A stretch of 64,000 nucleotides of DNA from Raja brachyura (taxonomy: Eukaryota), in contig OY740785.1 of the NCBI GenBank assembly GCA_963514005.1, forward strand, positions 9,796,001 to 9,860,000, given 5' to 3'. Each line of letters starts with the position of its first letter. Position 1 is the first letter of the stretch. The position numbers were made by a program, and so were the translations under genes. Shown piece after piece: positions 51,658 through 63,600 of the stretch. The notes under the pieces were generated by a model. The model was not told the DNA's origin, made no database searches, and saw only the letters and a list, made by a program, of their open reading frames with translations.

Positions 51658-53233
51658 TTACTCCTTATTCTTAAACTGTGGCCCCTGGTTCTGGACTCCC
51701 CCAAATTCGGGAACATGTTTCCTGCCTCCAGCGTGTCCAAGCCCTTAACAATCTTATATGTTCCAATGAGATCCCCTCTCATCCTTCTAAACTCCAGAGT
51801 ATACAAGCTCAGCTGCTCCATTCTCTCAGCATATGACAGTCCCGCCATCCCAGGAATTAACCTTGGAAACCTACGCTGCACTCCCTCAATAGCAAGAATG
51901 TCCTTCCTGAAATTAGGGGACCAAAACTGCACACAATACTCCAGGTGTGGTCTCACCAGTGCTCTGTACAACTGCAGAAGGATTTGAATCTGAAGTATTT
52001 AATTTGACCAAACTCTAATAGCTAGCTGCTTTCAACGGTAGGATGGCAGCTGTATGGTTTTCCTAACTTCAGTACTTTTTGGTTTTTGTATACGCATGGT
52101 CTGTGCTTCTTGACCTCTCAGGTTCATACACAGTGGTTTCTTCCAAAATCACTCCAGTGTCCAGCTCCTGATATACAAGATATGGCTGGTACCTCTACTA
52201 TTGCCCCAGAATATTATTATTAAACTCATGTTTATACTTGAGCCTTCAGTTCCATCAAAACCATGATTGCCTCTTGGAGTAAGATTTCACATGTTAAAGA
52301 GTTTGACCTGCATTCCCTCATCACACTAACCTCATCACTCTTTACTCTATTTGGGAATGCACCAAGATTATACCTACTTGTTAAGAACCTCAGATGCTGC
52401 AATTCACAACTGCCTTCTCTGACATTTGATTACAGGGACTGAACTTTGAACTCTGAAATGTTTTGCAAAACAAGACTGAATTGTGCTTTTAACTTTACAA
52501 CAAATTCTAACAAATGGATTGTTTATCACGCTCTGCGGCACCATTCAGTTTGCTTGTGTCACAGAGATGTTAGCGCCACCTTACTTCAATTTCTGATCAC
52601 AGCATTTTCTCCTTTGAGTTTGTTGCTTGCAACTTCTTATGCTATTGGACGTACTATACGTGCAAATATTCATGCCTCTCTGGGTTTAACCTACTTCCTA
52701 AATTTTCAAATACATCCCTTTTATGGCATCCTTACCATCTTGTTTTGAGCTTCCTTGTTTACATTCCTTGTGCATATTATTTTAATTCTAAGGAATGGTT
52801 GTCTTTTTGCCAATTTGCCAAGAGATTTCGTTTTTTTTTACATAGCATTGGACTCCCACAGCCACCATTCCCATCATGTGCAGCATTTGCGGGCTTCTTC
52901 AGATCTGATCTCGAGTTGAATATGACTGTTACACATTCACTCACACAGACACGGAGCATCAGCACTTTTATTATGGCATTGAGGCTTTAACAAAACAGCA
53001 AGTTGGATACAAAATGTTAATGGAAATAGGACATGACTGCACTTGAGAAGATGCAAAGAATATTTTCTAAGATGTTGCCAGGGTTGTTGCAGAGAGTTGT
53101 GAATCTGTGGAATTCTCTGCCACAGAAGGCAGTGGAGTCCAATTCACTGGATTTATTCAAGAGAGAGTTAGATATAGCTCTCAGGGCTAATGGAATCAAG
53201 GGGTATGGGGAGAAAGCAGGAACAGGGTACTGA

Positions 53234-53568
53234 TTTAGTTTAGTTTAGATGAGTTTAGTTTAGAGATACAGCGCGGAAACAGGCCCTTTGGCCCACCGAG
53301 TCCGCACCGACCAGGGATGCCCCCGCACATTAACACTACCCTACACACACTAGGCACAATTTACATTTATACCAAGCCAATTAATTTACAAACCTGTATG
53401 TTTTTGGAGTGTGTGAGGAAACCGAAGATCTCAGAGAAAAACCATGCAGTCATGGGGAGAACATACAAACTCTGTACAGACAGTACCAGTAGTCGGGATC
53501 GAACCCGGGTCTCCAGCAGTGCAAACATGGTGAGGCAGCAACTCTACCGCTGCGCCACCGTGCCGTCC
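53234..53568 (-). mobile_element. HE1-like tRNA-derived V-SINE, young, inserted in a CR1 3' UTR
   Basis: A box TGGCGCAGCGG, B box GGTTCGATCCC, V-domain-like core, CR1-type tail and (CTAAA)n. Confidence 0.85.
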
Positions 53569-54158
53569 AATGATCAGCCAAGAACATATTGAATGGCGGT
53601 GCTGGCTCAAGGGCCAAATGGCCTACTTCTGCACCTATTTTCTATGTTTCTATTTCAGTAATAATTATAGGCTAGCTTTATTTTCCTTGGAGCAGAGGGG
53701 GCTGAAGGAGGGAACAAAATTCAGAGTGGCATAGTTAGATGAGAAATGTATCCCTTTAGCAGAGGTATCTAAAACTAAAGGGTATAGGTTTATGGTAAAG
53801 ACCATGAAATTTAGAGAGGATCTGAGGAAAAACATGGTCATCCAGAGGGTGATAGGAATCTGCAACACACTGCTTAAGGAAGATACTTTCACAACATTTA
53901 AGAAGAATCTAGATGAGGATTTCAAATGTCAACATACAGAAGGCTACAGACCAAGTGTTGATTCATGAGATTTGTAAAGATATGAGTTTGATATTCGGCA
54001 AGTTCATGGTGGACCGAAGGGCCCATTTCTGTGCTTGAGGTCTCCAATCACAGATTTCCAACCATGTGGCACTTAACATCGGAGTATTCTATAACTCTCC
54101 GTTAATAGTTTCCTTGTTAGCCAACATAAATATACCAGATTATCATACATTTACTTAC

Positions 54159-54258
54159 CAGCTCTCAAGTGGCCCACAACATCAGCTAAGCTGCCTTTTT
54201 TCACTTTGGTGATGAAGGCCCCAAGTCTTCCAGTTTCTGTTAGCTTTCCTCCAACCAC
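54159..54258 (-). CDS. RIMS1: RIMS1 exon, PDZ: VVGGKLTETGRLGAFITKVKKGSLADVVGHLRA(G)
   Basis: CAG/GTAAG, 100 nt, phase 0-1; within ORF 54151..54453. Confidence 0.97.
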
Positions 54259-55135
54259 CTGAATGGTAAAATTGACCAATGAATTCTCACTGATTATTCT
54301 CAGCTGATTATTATCTAAATGTGATGAAAGAGAAACCGCACCTATTTGCGGGAACATTGCCCAGTAATCACATAGATGCTGTAGGGTCATGGACATTGTA
54401 AAATATATCAACGTCATGCTCAGGTCAGTACTCCTAATGACATTAACAATCATAAGAGGTCCCCCTATGGATTAATTTATTTGTATGCCATCTGATGCGG
54501 CTTTAAACGGGATACCCTGGTTTGATTTTGTGCCAAGTTAAATTGGGAAGAAGAAAGAAAATGAGGTCATTTTTCTGGTAGAAATATCCCCATTTTATGA
54601 AATGAATGCTAAACTTCTTCTGCATAAAAAACAACATTCTGTTCTGAAAGAAATCTCTTGCCACATTGATTATTGTGAAGTAACTTGGCAATCCAGATCT
54701 GCCTCCGATGAAATAGGTGGTACATTTTGTACGGTTTTAATATCATCTGTTTGTGGAAATTATCTAGTAAGTCAACTTAACATATACTAAATCATCCCCG
54801 AATGTTTTTTTCAGTCCAATTAAATTGAATTATCCACTAAATGTTCATCTATTTTGTGTATGCCACATTATTTTCAAATTCTTTTTAGGTTCAAATAAAA
54901 GATGGGGCCTGAAACTCAGTTGGCCACAAGACCCTCTCCTGTGGATCATCTAGTAATGAGAAGCAGTTAGCGAGCAAGACGACTCCTTGTTTCACAAGGG
55001 ACAACAGCAAACAGTTTAATGTACCTCACACACATCTGGAGGAATATATCTTCCCTAAAGAGTTCAGAGATTACGACACAGAATTGATTTATTTTAAATG
55101 AATGTATTGCATGCACAGAATTGAAAAGGACTCAC

Positions 55136-55246
55136 TTTTAACCCAAGTAAAGCTCCAGATTCTTTCGGCATACTTGTTCTCTTGTTCAAAATGATACGGC
55201 CTATGAGACGATCTCCTTCTTTGGACGGTTGCCACGTAACAGGATG
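55136..55246 (-). CDS. RIMS1: RIMS1 exon, start of PDZ: HPVTWQPSKEGDRLIGRIILNKRTSMPKESGALLGLK
   Basis: CAG/GTGAG boundaries, 111 nt, phase 0-0; near-identical to recalled RIM1. Confidence 0.96.
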
Positions 55247-55891
55247 CTGCCGATTATATGACATAGATTAAATTACATCAGCAAATTAGAAACCATAGAA
55301 TGAAAGACTATTTCTTATACTGTAATTACTCCCAGTTTTATGATTAACTGTACACAGAAATTCCAGCCTTTGCTACGGATTATTGCAGTATACAAGACCA
55401 TGAGGGGTCCCGGATAGTGAACACTCGTGGTCGTTTTCCCAGCATGGAGGGATCTAAAACTAGTGAGCACAGGCTTAAGATGAGAGAGGAGAGATTTAAG
55501 AGGGACCTCCGGATCAACCTTTACATTTAGGGGATAGTTCAAAGCTGGAACAACCTGCCAGAGGATGCTAGAAAGGGGGTTCAATTACAACTTTAAAAAG
55601 ACATTGGGACAGATATATCGATAGGAAGGTTTAGAGGGAAAGGGTCAAATAAGGGTTAATGGGACTAGACCAGAATAGTAAGATTAAATGAGAACTTACC
55701 AGTTTGAAGTTTGATCTTTATTTTATGAGGAGTTACGATGAGGGATTACGTGAAGACCCCGCCGGCAGGCATGCGCGACATTCTTCAAAGCAGCGGTGTG
55801 AAATCACAGATGACAGAGTTGACTAAGATAGTAAGATAAGAGAACCAGCATACCAGTAGACCTTTATAATAGAGGGTTTGGGAGCGGAGGG

Positions 55892-56004
55892 CACGTAATC
55901 CCTCATCGTTAGTCCTCATAAAATAAAGATCAAACTTCAATCTGGTAAGTTCTCATTTAATCTTACTATTTTACTTCGGAGTCATGTGAGTGACTACGTG
56001 AAGA
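55892..56004. repeat. DIRS internal complementary region (ICR)
   Basis: 55892-55970 is the reverse complement of terminus 55674-55752; 55967-56004 is the reverse complement of terminus 60206-60243; joined at TATT. Confidence 0.93.
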
Positions 56005-56170
56005 TTTCAAATCTCTGTGATTTCATGCCCTGGAACGAGTCCATGCTCACACACTGCTATAATGACAATGGAAGAAGTATGTTAACGTATTCCAGACATG
56101 AAACTGTGCTGAAAAACAAGAGGGTATTTATTTAACAAATAACAATAATAATACCCCTACTTCGTGGAAA

Positions 56171-57168
56171 TTATAAATCGGAACTTAATATTGTGTCTGC
56201 AAACATCTCAGGTGCGGCCATGGGTTTATTATAGAACCGCTGATTCATTAGCCCAACCCGCCGTTACAAGGATGTGGTCCATAGGAATTTCCGTCATCCT
56301 TGCCGCCGATGTAGATGCAGCCCTGGTAGAGTGAGATTTTAAAACGTCAGTGTCCACCCAGCTGCACCCAAAACCATCCTTAGCCATCTTGAAATGGTTT
56401 GCATGGTGACTCTGTAATGAGGACATTTGTGATTTATAAGCAGAGCCCTTTCCGTGCCCCTGAGACACTTGGTAACCTCCAGGTAATGTAAAAGGTGGGT
56501 CACTATGCATAGGCGGCTGTCTACGGAGTAAGCCAGAAAATCCAAATTGCGGTCAGGTGATACAGGCCTGTTTTGTTTGAGTAACCCCTGAATGAAGAAA
56601 GTTATCTCATTGTTAGTTATAACCATGGCGTCCACACTTAGCTTGTGTAGGGACTGGACCCGTTGCGCCGTCACGAGTGCCATCAGCATTACCATTTTGT
56701 ATGTCAATTTGGCTAAGGAAAGAGACGTTACTGGTGCCCACCCTCGGAGCATGGTTAACACAATGCCAATATCCCAGGTCTGGGAATCTCTAGGCCTGGG
56801 GGATTTGAGTTAAAAATACCCTTCGTAAGTTTAGATACCAAGGAGTGAGACCAAGGGGTGAGACCCAACTGCCAATTTAGATTTAGATGATCTAAGCCTG
56901 GTCCGAGATAAGAGGATAGGGCACTCCTGACATAGTTGATAGCACTGTAGCTTAAACCTTCATCAAAATGAAGGCTAGCCAGGAACTCCAGCACTTCCGT
57001 AATGGTGGCTGTGTCATTTGTGGTGTTTGTCTTGGTACAAAACACCTCCCATTTCTTGATGTAAGTGAGGTATTGTTTCCTGGTGGACTCCCTGCACGAT
57101 GCCGTGATGATATTCATTGTTCGGTCTGAGAGTCCAAATTCCAGGAGTGGCCTTTTCAAACCCTGCAA
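56171..57168 (-). pseudogene. DIRS tyrosine recombinase, frameshifted
   Basis: Fragments carry AQRVQ (R), HSTR (HxxR), GW and RFY (catalytic Y, in shifted frame ending TAA at 56171). Confidence 0.9.
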
Positions 57169-58810
57169 ACCAATAGGTTCATCCGGTCATGGCACAGGTG
57201 ACTCTCCCCTGTCACAGGATATACCAGTAAACCCGGACGTTTGGGTATTGGAATGCATGGTTCTGAGACCATGTCCAGTACCACAGGGAACCATGGCTGA
57301 GTAGGCCAGTCGGGTACAACCAGAATACCCGATGCGGAGTCTTGTTGAATTTTCTGCAAGACCCAACTGATGAGGCAGAATGGGGGAAATGTGTAGAAAA
57401 ACAAATCCCCCCAGTGTAGCGAGAAAGCGTCCATTGCTACTGCCTCAGGGTCTGGTTCCCATGCAACATATGTTGGTATTTGGTGATTGAGTCTGGATGC
57501 AAAAAGGTCGATATCTGGTGTTCCATACCGTTCTACGATATCGGCAAACACTTTGTGATCCAACATCCATTCTGTGTTGTCATTAAACTTGCATGACCTG
57601 GTGTCCGCCACTATATTTAGTTTACCCAGAAGGTAAGTGGCTGATATCCAAATGTTCCTTTCTAAGTACCAGTGCCAGATTGTATTGACCAATTCATCAT
57701 AAGATATCGACTTAATTCCACCCATATGATTGATGTAAGCCACCATGGTGATATTATCAATTTGTAGGCGTACATGCAGATGGTGCATGTCTGAACAGTA
57801 AGCCCAGAGTCCATGAAATGCTCCCAGTATTTCTAGATGATTAATTGCCAGTGCTGGGAGTAAGGTTAATTCATGTGCATTCCATCTACCACCGCAACTG
57901 GAGGTGGTATTAGTTGCTCCCCAGCCTTGAGCGCTGGCGTCAGTTTGTAGTATAACCGAGGGGTTTGTGATTGTAATGGGATTGGAGCAATGTCGAGCAT
58001 TGTCTACCCACCATTGTAATTCCAATTTTGCTTTTGCTGGTACTTGCATTGGCCTGTCAAAATGGCCAGCATGGTGTTTGAAATAAGCCCTCAGTGGCTG
58101 AGACAGCCAATTTGGCCAACTCTAAGGTTTTCCCCACAATTAAAATGTCATCGAGGTATGCCATAACAATATGTTCTTGTTTTCTGAGACACGCTAAAGC
58201 TGGTTTCAATAATTTGGTAAACAGTCTGGGTGCTGACGTTAATCCATTAGGCAGCGCTTTATACTGCCAGCGCTGCCCCATCCAGACAAATTTCAAATAT
58301 CTGCGATGATCTTTGTCTATTGGTACTGAATAGTATGCATCTTTTAGATTGATGCATGCCATGAAGTACCTCTTGGAAACTAGTTGTTTGCCAGTAACAA
58401 AAGTTTCCAGTTTGAAGTGGGCGTACTGCACAAAAGTATTCAGTTGTGTCAAATCAATAATGATGCAGCATCCGTCGTCTTTTTTATTTTTGGTGAAGAT
58501 GTTCGATTCAAACTCATGAGATTCATGTTTGGTTTTCTCAATTACCCCTTTCGTATGTAGTCTTAAGAGTTCAGCATGACCTTCTATCTTTTCTTTCTGT
58601 TAAAGTACAAACTTTTGACCAGGTGCATGCTGAACAGGAAGGGGAAGTTTGTGAACAAATTCAATTTTGTATCCCTGAATACTTTGCAATATAAAAGGAT
58701 CAGAAGTTAAAGATCTCCATGCATCCTGAAACAAGTGCAACCGTCCCCCAATCCGTGAAGAAGTTAAACATGCAATGTTCCTGAGGCAACCAGACCCACC
58801 TACCTCCATG
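57156..58810 (-). pseudogene. DIRS pol: reverse transcriptase, RNase H and Dam-like adenine methyltransferase; several frameshifts
   Basis: GGRLHLF..W; NLKDAYYSVPI; LPNGLTSAPRLFTK; YLDD; RNase H QTDASAQGWGA / INHLE / DN; MT DIDLFASRLNHQ...FPPF...WPTQPWF. Confidence 0.92.
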
Positions 58811-58959
58811 GTTACCGGCGGTGTTGCGTTGGTTTCATCTGTGCTTGTTTCCTGGGAGGTGGAGGCGCTGTGGTGTGGGGGTGGCACATTTTCCAGGAAG
58901 GCCGTGCTGGGGTATGGTCTAAAAAAGACCGTTGGGCAGGTTGGACAGCCTTCGAGCTT

Positions 58960-60037
58960 TCACCAGCAGGTTCTGTCGCTGTGGTAGCGTGGTCTGCTGG
59001 TGGATGTATAGGGGTGCTGTCGCCGCAGGTACGAGGACTTGGAGGCAGCCGGCACTTTTATCATGCCTATTGCCTTTGCCTCTTCATCGAGGTCTTTTAC
59101 CTGTTTAGATAGGTTGTCCCCAAATAGTAGTGTAGGCGGCTGTGCACTGCTGGGTCTGCACAACCCCGCGAACCTGGGTTTCAGTGCAGGCCGGATGACA
59201 CTCTTTCTGTAACAGTTGATCTCAAACTGAGTGTTACAGAGGAGTGCCAGAGCATCCTGTAGCTCTACCGACATCTCCACTCCATCCACTGACCTGGCAA
59301 CGGCCGTAATCCCAGAAGCCAGTAGTTTTAGGATTTTTTTGAGTTTTACTTCCTGGCTTCTGATGCCAGGGCTCATGTTACCCCAGATGGGGTTGTTGAC
59401 TGCAGGCACGTTGAGGGAGACAATTCCCAGGAGCTAGGTATTTGGCTGCGGCCTGTTCTTGAAGTTGATTCGTTGCCATGTAGTTTATACTGGCTGCCAA
59501 CTTCGGCTGCAACGACAGCCCTTTTTGGGTAGGCATCGCTAATTTTGACATCATGCCCAGTAGCTCCTCTTCTGGCACCGCTAGCATTGGTGTTTCTTTA
59601 GCCACACTCCCCTCTTCAGAGTCAGCCCAGTTCTGACTCCTAATGCTCCCCTGCGAGGAGGGTGAGACATTTGGCAGCCCTGTAAAGGGTGCTGCCGTGG
59701 GTCTGCGAGGAGACCCACTGTGACCATACCCCTGCTGTAGCAGGTCACGTTGGAGCAACTGCTCCACCACCCGCTCCATGCAGGATAATCGACCGCCGTC
59801 GTTACCCGCCGGCGGGGTGTCCTCCAGTCCGGACTCAGCCAAGTCAGCGGACCTGCCCGACTTCCGGGTGGATTTGCCGCCAGTCCAAGGAGCACCTGCG
59901 GGCTGTAGCAGCGTGAAGTCGGGGGCTGCGGTTTGTATCAGCAGCTCTGGAGAACTCGACCGCTGCTGGCTGCCTGCTTCGCGGTCCTCGACAGCTAGTT
60001 TGGCAGCGGCTCGTTTGGACTTCGTCCTCGATTCCAT
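58960..60037 (-). pseudogene. DIRS ORF1 (gag-like), frameshifted near 59400
   Basis: ATG in AAGATGG context at 60037; ORFs 59378..60079 and 58960..59409 (PAVNNPIW...LLFGDNL). Confidence 0.75.
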
Positions 60038-62353
60038 CTTGGTGTGCTCTGTAAGACAAATACTTAACGGAGTCGACAACGACCTCAGGAATAGTAAGTA
60101 CTTACCTGCGGGCCGTTTTTAAACTTATGCTGGAGGAGCGACGCTCTTCCTGCCTGTTGCTTCGCAATGCGTTCGACGATATGTCGTGCATGCATGCTGG
60201 CAGGGTCTTCACGTAGTCACTCACGTGACTCCAAAGTAAAATACCAATATGATCCGCATGGACAAGTTGGGCTGAAGGACCTGTCTCTATGCTTTGTAGC
60301 TCCTTGATGTGATGGTTTGCTTGTGGTTCTCAAAATTTCCCTGGAAAGGACAGGCCATCCAGCCAGTGCCATATGGGCAGTTTAGAGTCAGATACTCTCA
60401 GGGTTTGACCATAAATTCAGCCATAGTAATGAAAGTAATGAAATGTAGAATAATACATTTCCTTCAAAGCACAGCTGTCCTCCACAGAGTGTCTAAGGTG
60501 GGCGTACACCCACCGGAATTTTGAATAACAAGTGGTAACTTCACAAAAAATTATCAGACTCTGAGAGGAATTGATTGCAGAGATAATGCGGAGTTCGGGA
60601 AGCAAAAAAATTGCAGTTGCAGATGTGAAATGAATACACAGAATGGTTGCACAAAAGATTCCAGCATCTGCATTCTTGTGTGTCTCCATTTTACTGCTCC
60701 GCTGCAAAATACCAAGTTCTCCTCCTCTTGCCAATGAGAGTTCTGAAGGACCCACTCATCCTCTGTTATTTCTGCTGCTCTCCTAAATGCTTTTTAATGT
60801 TGCTATCATTTCTGCTATATTCCTTCCTCTGGCTTCACAATTCACACCGCTTCTCATCTCATACGTTTTCTCTTTTCATCTCGGGCCTTCGTCCAACCAC
60901 CTGCCTACAACAATCCCTTTCACCTGTATCGACCCATCACTTGCCAGGCTTTGTCCAGCCCCCACCACTCTTCCAGCTTTCTCCCACTCCACCCACCACA
61001 ATCAGTCAGAAGAAGGGTTCTGACTTACAACCATGTGTTACAGGGATGCTGCCTGACCCAGCATTTGGAGTTCCATGCATCTTTATTTGGCATCTCCACC
61101 CTGGAAAAAGACTCTAATTACCCCATCTATTCCTTTCATTTTTTATATACTCTGTCAGGGGAAGGGAATCACATTCTTATGCATCCTAATGAGTAATTTG
61201 ACTGAGAGCTAGGATTTTAAATGTATCAATGTAGGTATGAGATTGACTGGGATAACGTACATAAATATTTGATTTAAAGGCTCTGAGACCTGATTTGATT
61301 ACATTTGATTAAAAGGCTTCACTGCAGGCACTTCAAGTCACTGGAGAAATAGAACAAAAACACTATCTCTGAAGTATCCTCCAAATTCACTGGAAGGATA
61401 AGTGGAGTAACATCTCCCAGGCCAACAACCCAAACACTGAGGCAATAATTGTGTTCAGTTGGCTATGCTGTTTGTATGTCTGAACATGATTATGGACACA
61501 GCTTTTTTGTTAAACTTTTCATAAAGAACCACACAAACATTGGTTCACAATGAGTAGGGAAAATATATCATCAGGAATATAACATTGGTTCAAGGACAGA
61601 AACAGGAGACACAAACACCTGCAGATGCTGGAACCTTGAACAGAACACAAAGTGCTGGAGTACTCAGCAGGTCAGGCGACATCTGTGGGAGAAATCAACA
61701 GATCATGTTTCCGTTCACAGACAGAGGTTAATGTGGGACAGATCTCAGTGTTTAGATCTTGTTTCCTTTCCCTGTTTTTTTGCCTGAGGGATAATGGCCT
61801 TCTTTCAAATGCGTGTGCTCTTCTTCATGAAGTGATGCCACTTGGTTTGATCGTGGGCTAATTTCTCATGCCTCTATCACCTTAAAGTTTGCTTTCAGGA
61901 TGCTCCTTACAGAATTACCTCCAGCCTCTTTGAGTTCTTACTTGTTAACAAGTTAGCTCGGTGCCTATAGGCAAGTACACACAATGCCCGGTCCTCACAG
62001 CTGATGTTGGGCTTAGGTGAGATGACACAGACAGGCCCTCTCACTTTCTGTCAGGATTTATCCATAGGTAGCTCTGGTTCCAAGTTCATCTTGGAACATG
62101 TTCCATCAATTTTATCATCCACACGTTACAACTAAGGACGACTTGGGATTATCAAAACCTACTATTTGAGTAGTTTTGTCGGAGACAAGACATTTACAGT
62201 AGTTATACATTTCCAATGCAAGTGACATTACTGGGTCTTGGTATTAAATGACAGCCATTTTATCAAGTACTCTTTAAATAATATTAATTATATTGGGAAT
62301 GTGAACCACAAAAACACAGTGTTATGAAGAGTACAAATCTGATGTGAACTTAC

Positions 62354-62421
62354 CGAGCTGATTGGCGAGGTCTCGCTTCCATGCCACGTAACGGGATCCA
62401 ACCAATAGTAATCTAGATCAC
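62354..62421 (-). CDS. RIMS1: RIMS1 coding exon upstream of PDZ: (G)DLDYYWLDPVTWHGSETSPISS
   Basis: CAG acceptor, GTAAG donor, 68 nt, phase 1 to 0; matches recalled RIM1 GDLDYYWLDPATWHSRETSPISS. Confidence 0.93.
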
Positions 62422-62579
62422 CTGGTGAGGTGAAAGAGCACAATTATAAATCATAATAGCTTCTGACAAATAATTAATGCTGTTTGGGTGAGATGGTGGA
62501 TCAGAACCATAATTCTAAATAACTTTTCTTTTTACCTAATATTTCGTCTTACCTAAAATTCCATTCTTTATTAATCATC

Positions 62580-63600
62580 CCATTTCCAATCTGATCTACA
62601 CTTTTCCTATACCTGTCCAAATGCCTTTTAAACATAGTAATTGTATGGACATACCTCCTCCTCTCGCAGCTCTTTCCAAATGACCACTACCCTGTGTGAT
62701 AAATGTACCCATTGAATCTCCTTACATTTTTCCATTCTCACCCTGAACCAGTGGCCTCTAGTTCTAGACTCCCCTGTCCTTGGAAAACAAATTCAAACTA
62801 TCTATCCTATCTATGCGTGGGTACACAAAAGGCTGCAGAAACTCAGCGGGTGCAGCAGCATCTAAGAAGCGAAGGAGGTAGGCAACATTTTGGGCCGAAA
62901 CCCTTTATCCTATCTATGCCCCTTGTCATTTTATAATCCCCTGAAGGGTCACCTTTTAGCCCTCCTTTGTTGCAGTGGGATTAATCAAAGTCCCGATTGG
63001 TCTGAAGGGTTCTGACCTGAAATGTCATCTGTCCATTTCTCTCCATAGATGCTGCCTGACCCGTTGAGTTTCTCCAGACTTTGTTTTTTGTAGTCCATCC
63101 AATCGCTCATTATCACTACATCTCTCCATTCCAGCTAATCTTCTGGTGAATCTCTACTGCACTCTGCCATTGCTACCATATCCTTCCTGTTCTGTAGTAA
63201 CCAGAAATGTACACAATATTCGAAGTAGACAATGTTTTGTATAGTTGCAATATGATGCCCCAACTAATATACACAATGCCTTGGCCTGTGAAGACAATTA
63301 TACAAAATGCCCTTTTCCGTTATCTTCATCACCTGTGTCACTACTTTCAAGGAGCTGTGGATTTGCACCCGGAGGTCTCTTTGTACATGTACAGTCCTAA
63401 GATCCCAACCATTTACTGCTTATGTTCTACCAGCATTTGACCTCCCAAAGAGTGTTACCTCACATTTGTTTGGATTAATGTCTATCTGCCACTGCTTTGC
63501 CAACTTTCCAGTTGATCTATGTCCAACTGCATCTTTAGATAACCTTCATCATTATACATGACTTCACTAAGTTGTGTCATCTGCAAACTTATGATTCATA
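62580..63600 (-). mobile_element. Decayed CR1 fragment carrying two Penelope-derived insertions
   Basis: CR1 RT-like remnants on the minus strand. Confidence 0.7.
62817..62905 (-). mobile_element. 89-bp Penelope-derived insertion in CR1 with 14-bp TSD TATCCTATCTATGC
   Basis: TSD at 62803-62816 and 62906-62919. Confidence 0.82.

Larger units (their letters stand above)
50649..51981 (-). mobile_element. Young 5'-truncated CR1 LINE with (TATTGTC)n tail, interrupted by the MITE
   Basis: YRALVRPHLEYCVQFWSP...RRMRGDLI.TYKI...RTRGHSLRI; intact 3' UTR and microsatellite tail. Confidence 0.93.
55674..60243 (-). mobile_element. Full-length DIRS1-like tyrosine-recombinase retrotransposon (about 4.57 kb), coding regions decayed
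   Basis: gag-RT-RNaseH-methyltransferase-YR order; inverted terminal repeats; internal complementary region; AATA at both junctions; splits a CR1 3' end. Confidence 0.95.

Noticed and set aside
50894-51987. Long 100-236 aa ORFs on both strands
   Set aside because: Products of a stop-poor minisatellite, the GC-rich MITE and antisense CR1
53490-53568. tRNA gene (also near 50200-50258)
   Set aside because: A/B boxes are the head of a SINE with body and LINE-type tail
56171-58049. Prophage or bacterial contamination (integrase plus methyltransferase)
   Set aside because: Both domains are normal DIRS1 parts, bounded by ITRs/ICR and inserted in a vertebrate CR1
60300-62350. Alternative internal first exon of RIMS1 upstream of the PDZ exon
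   Set aside because: No ATG-initiated open frame ending at a phase-0 donor that I could support; the donor-like site at 61941 is preceded by an in-frame stop
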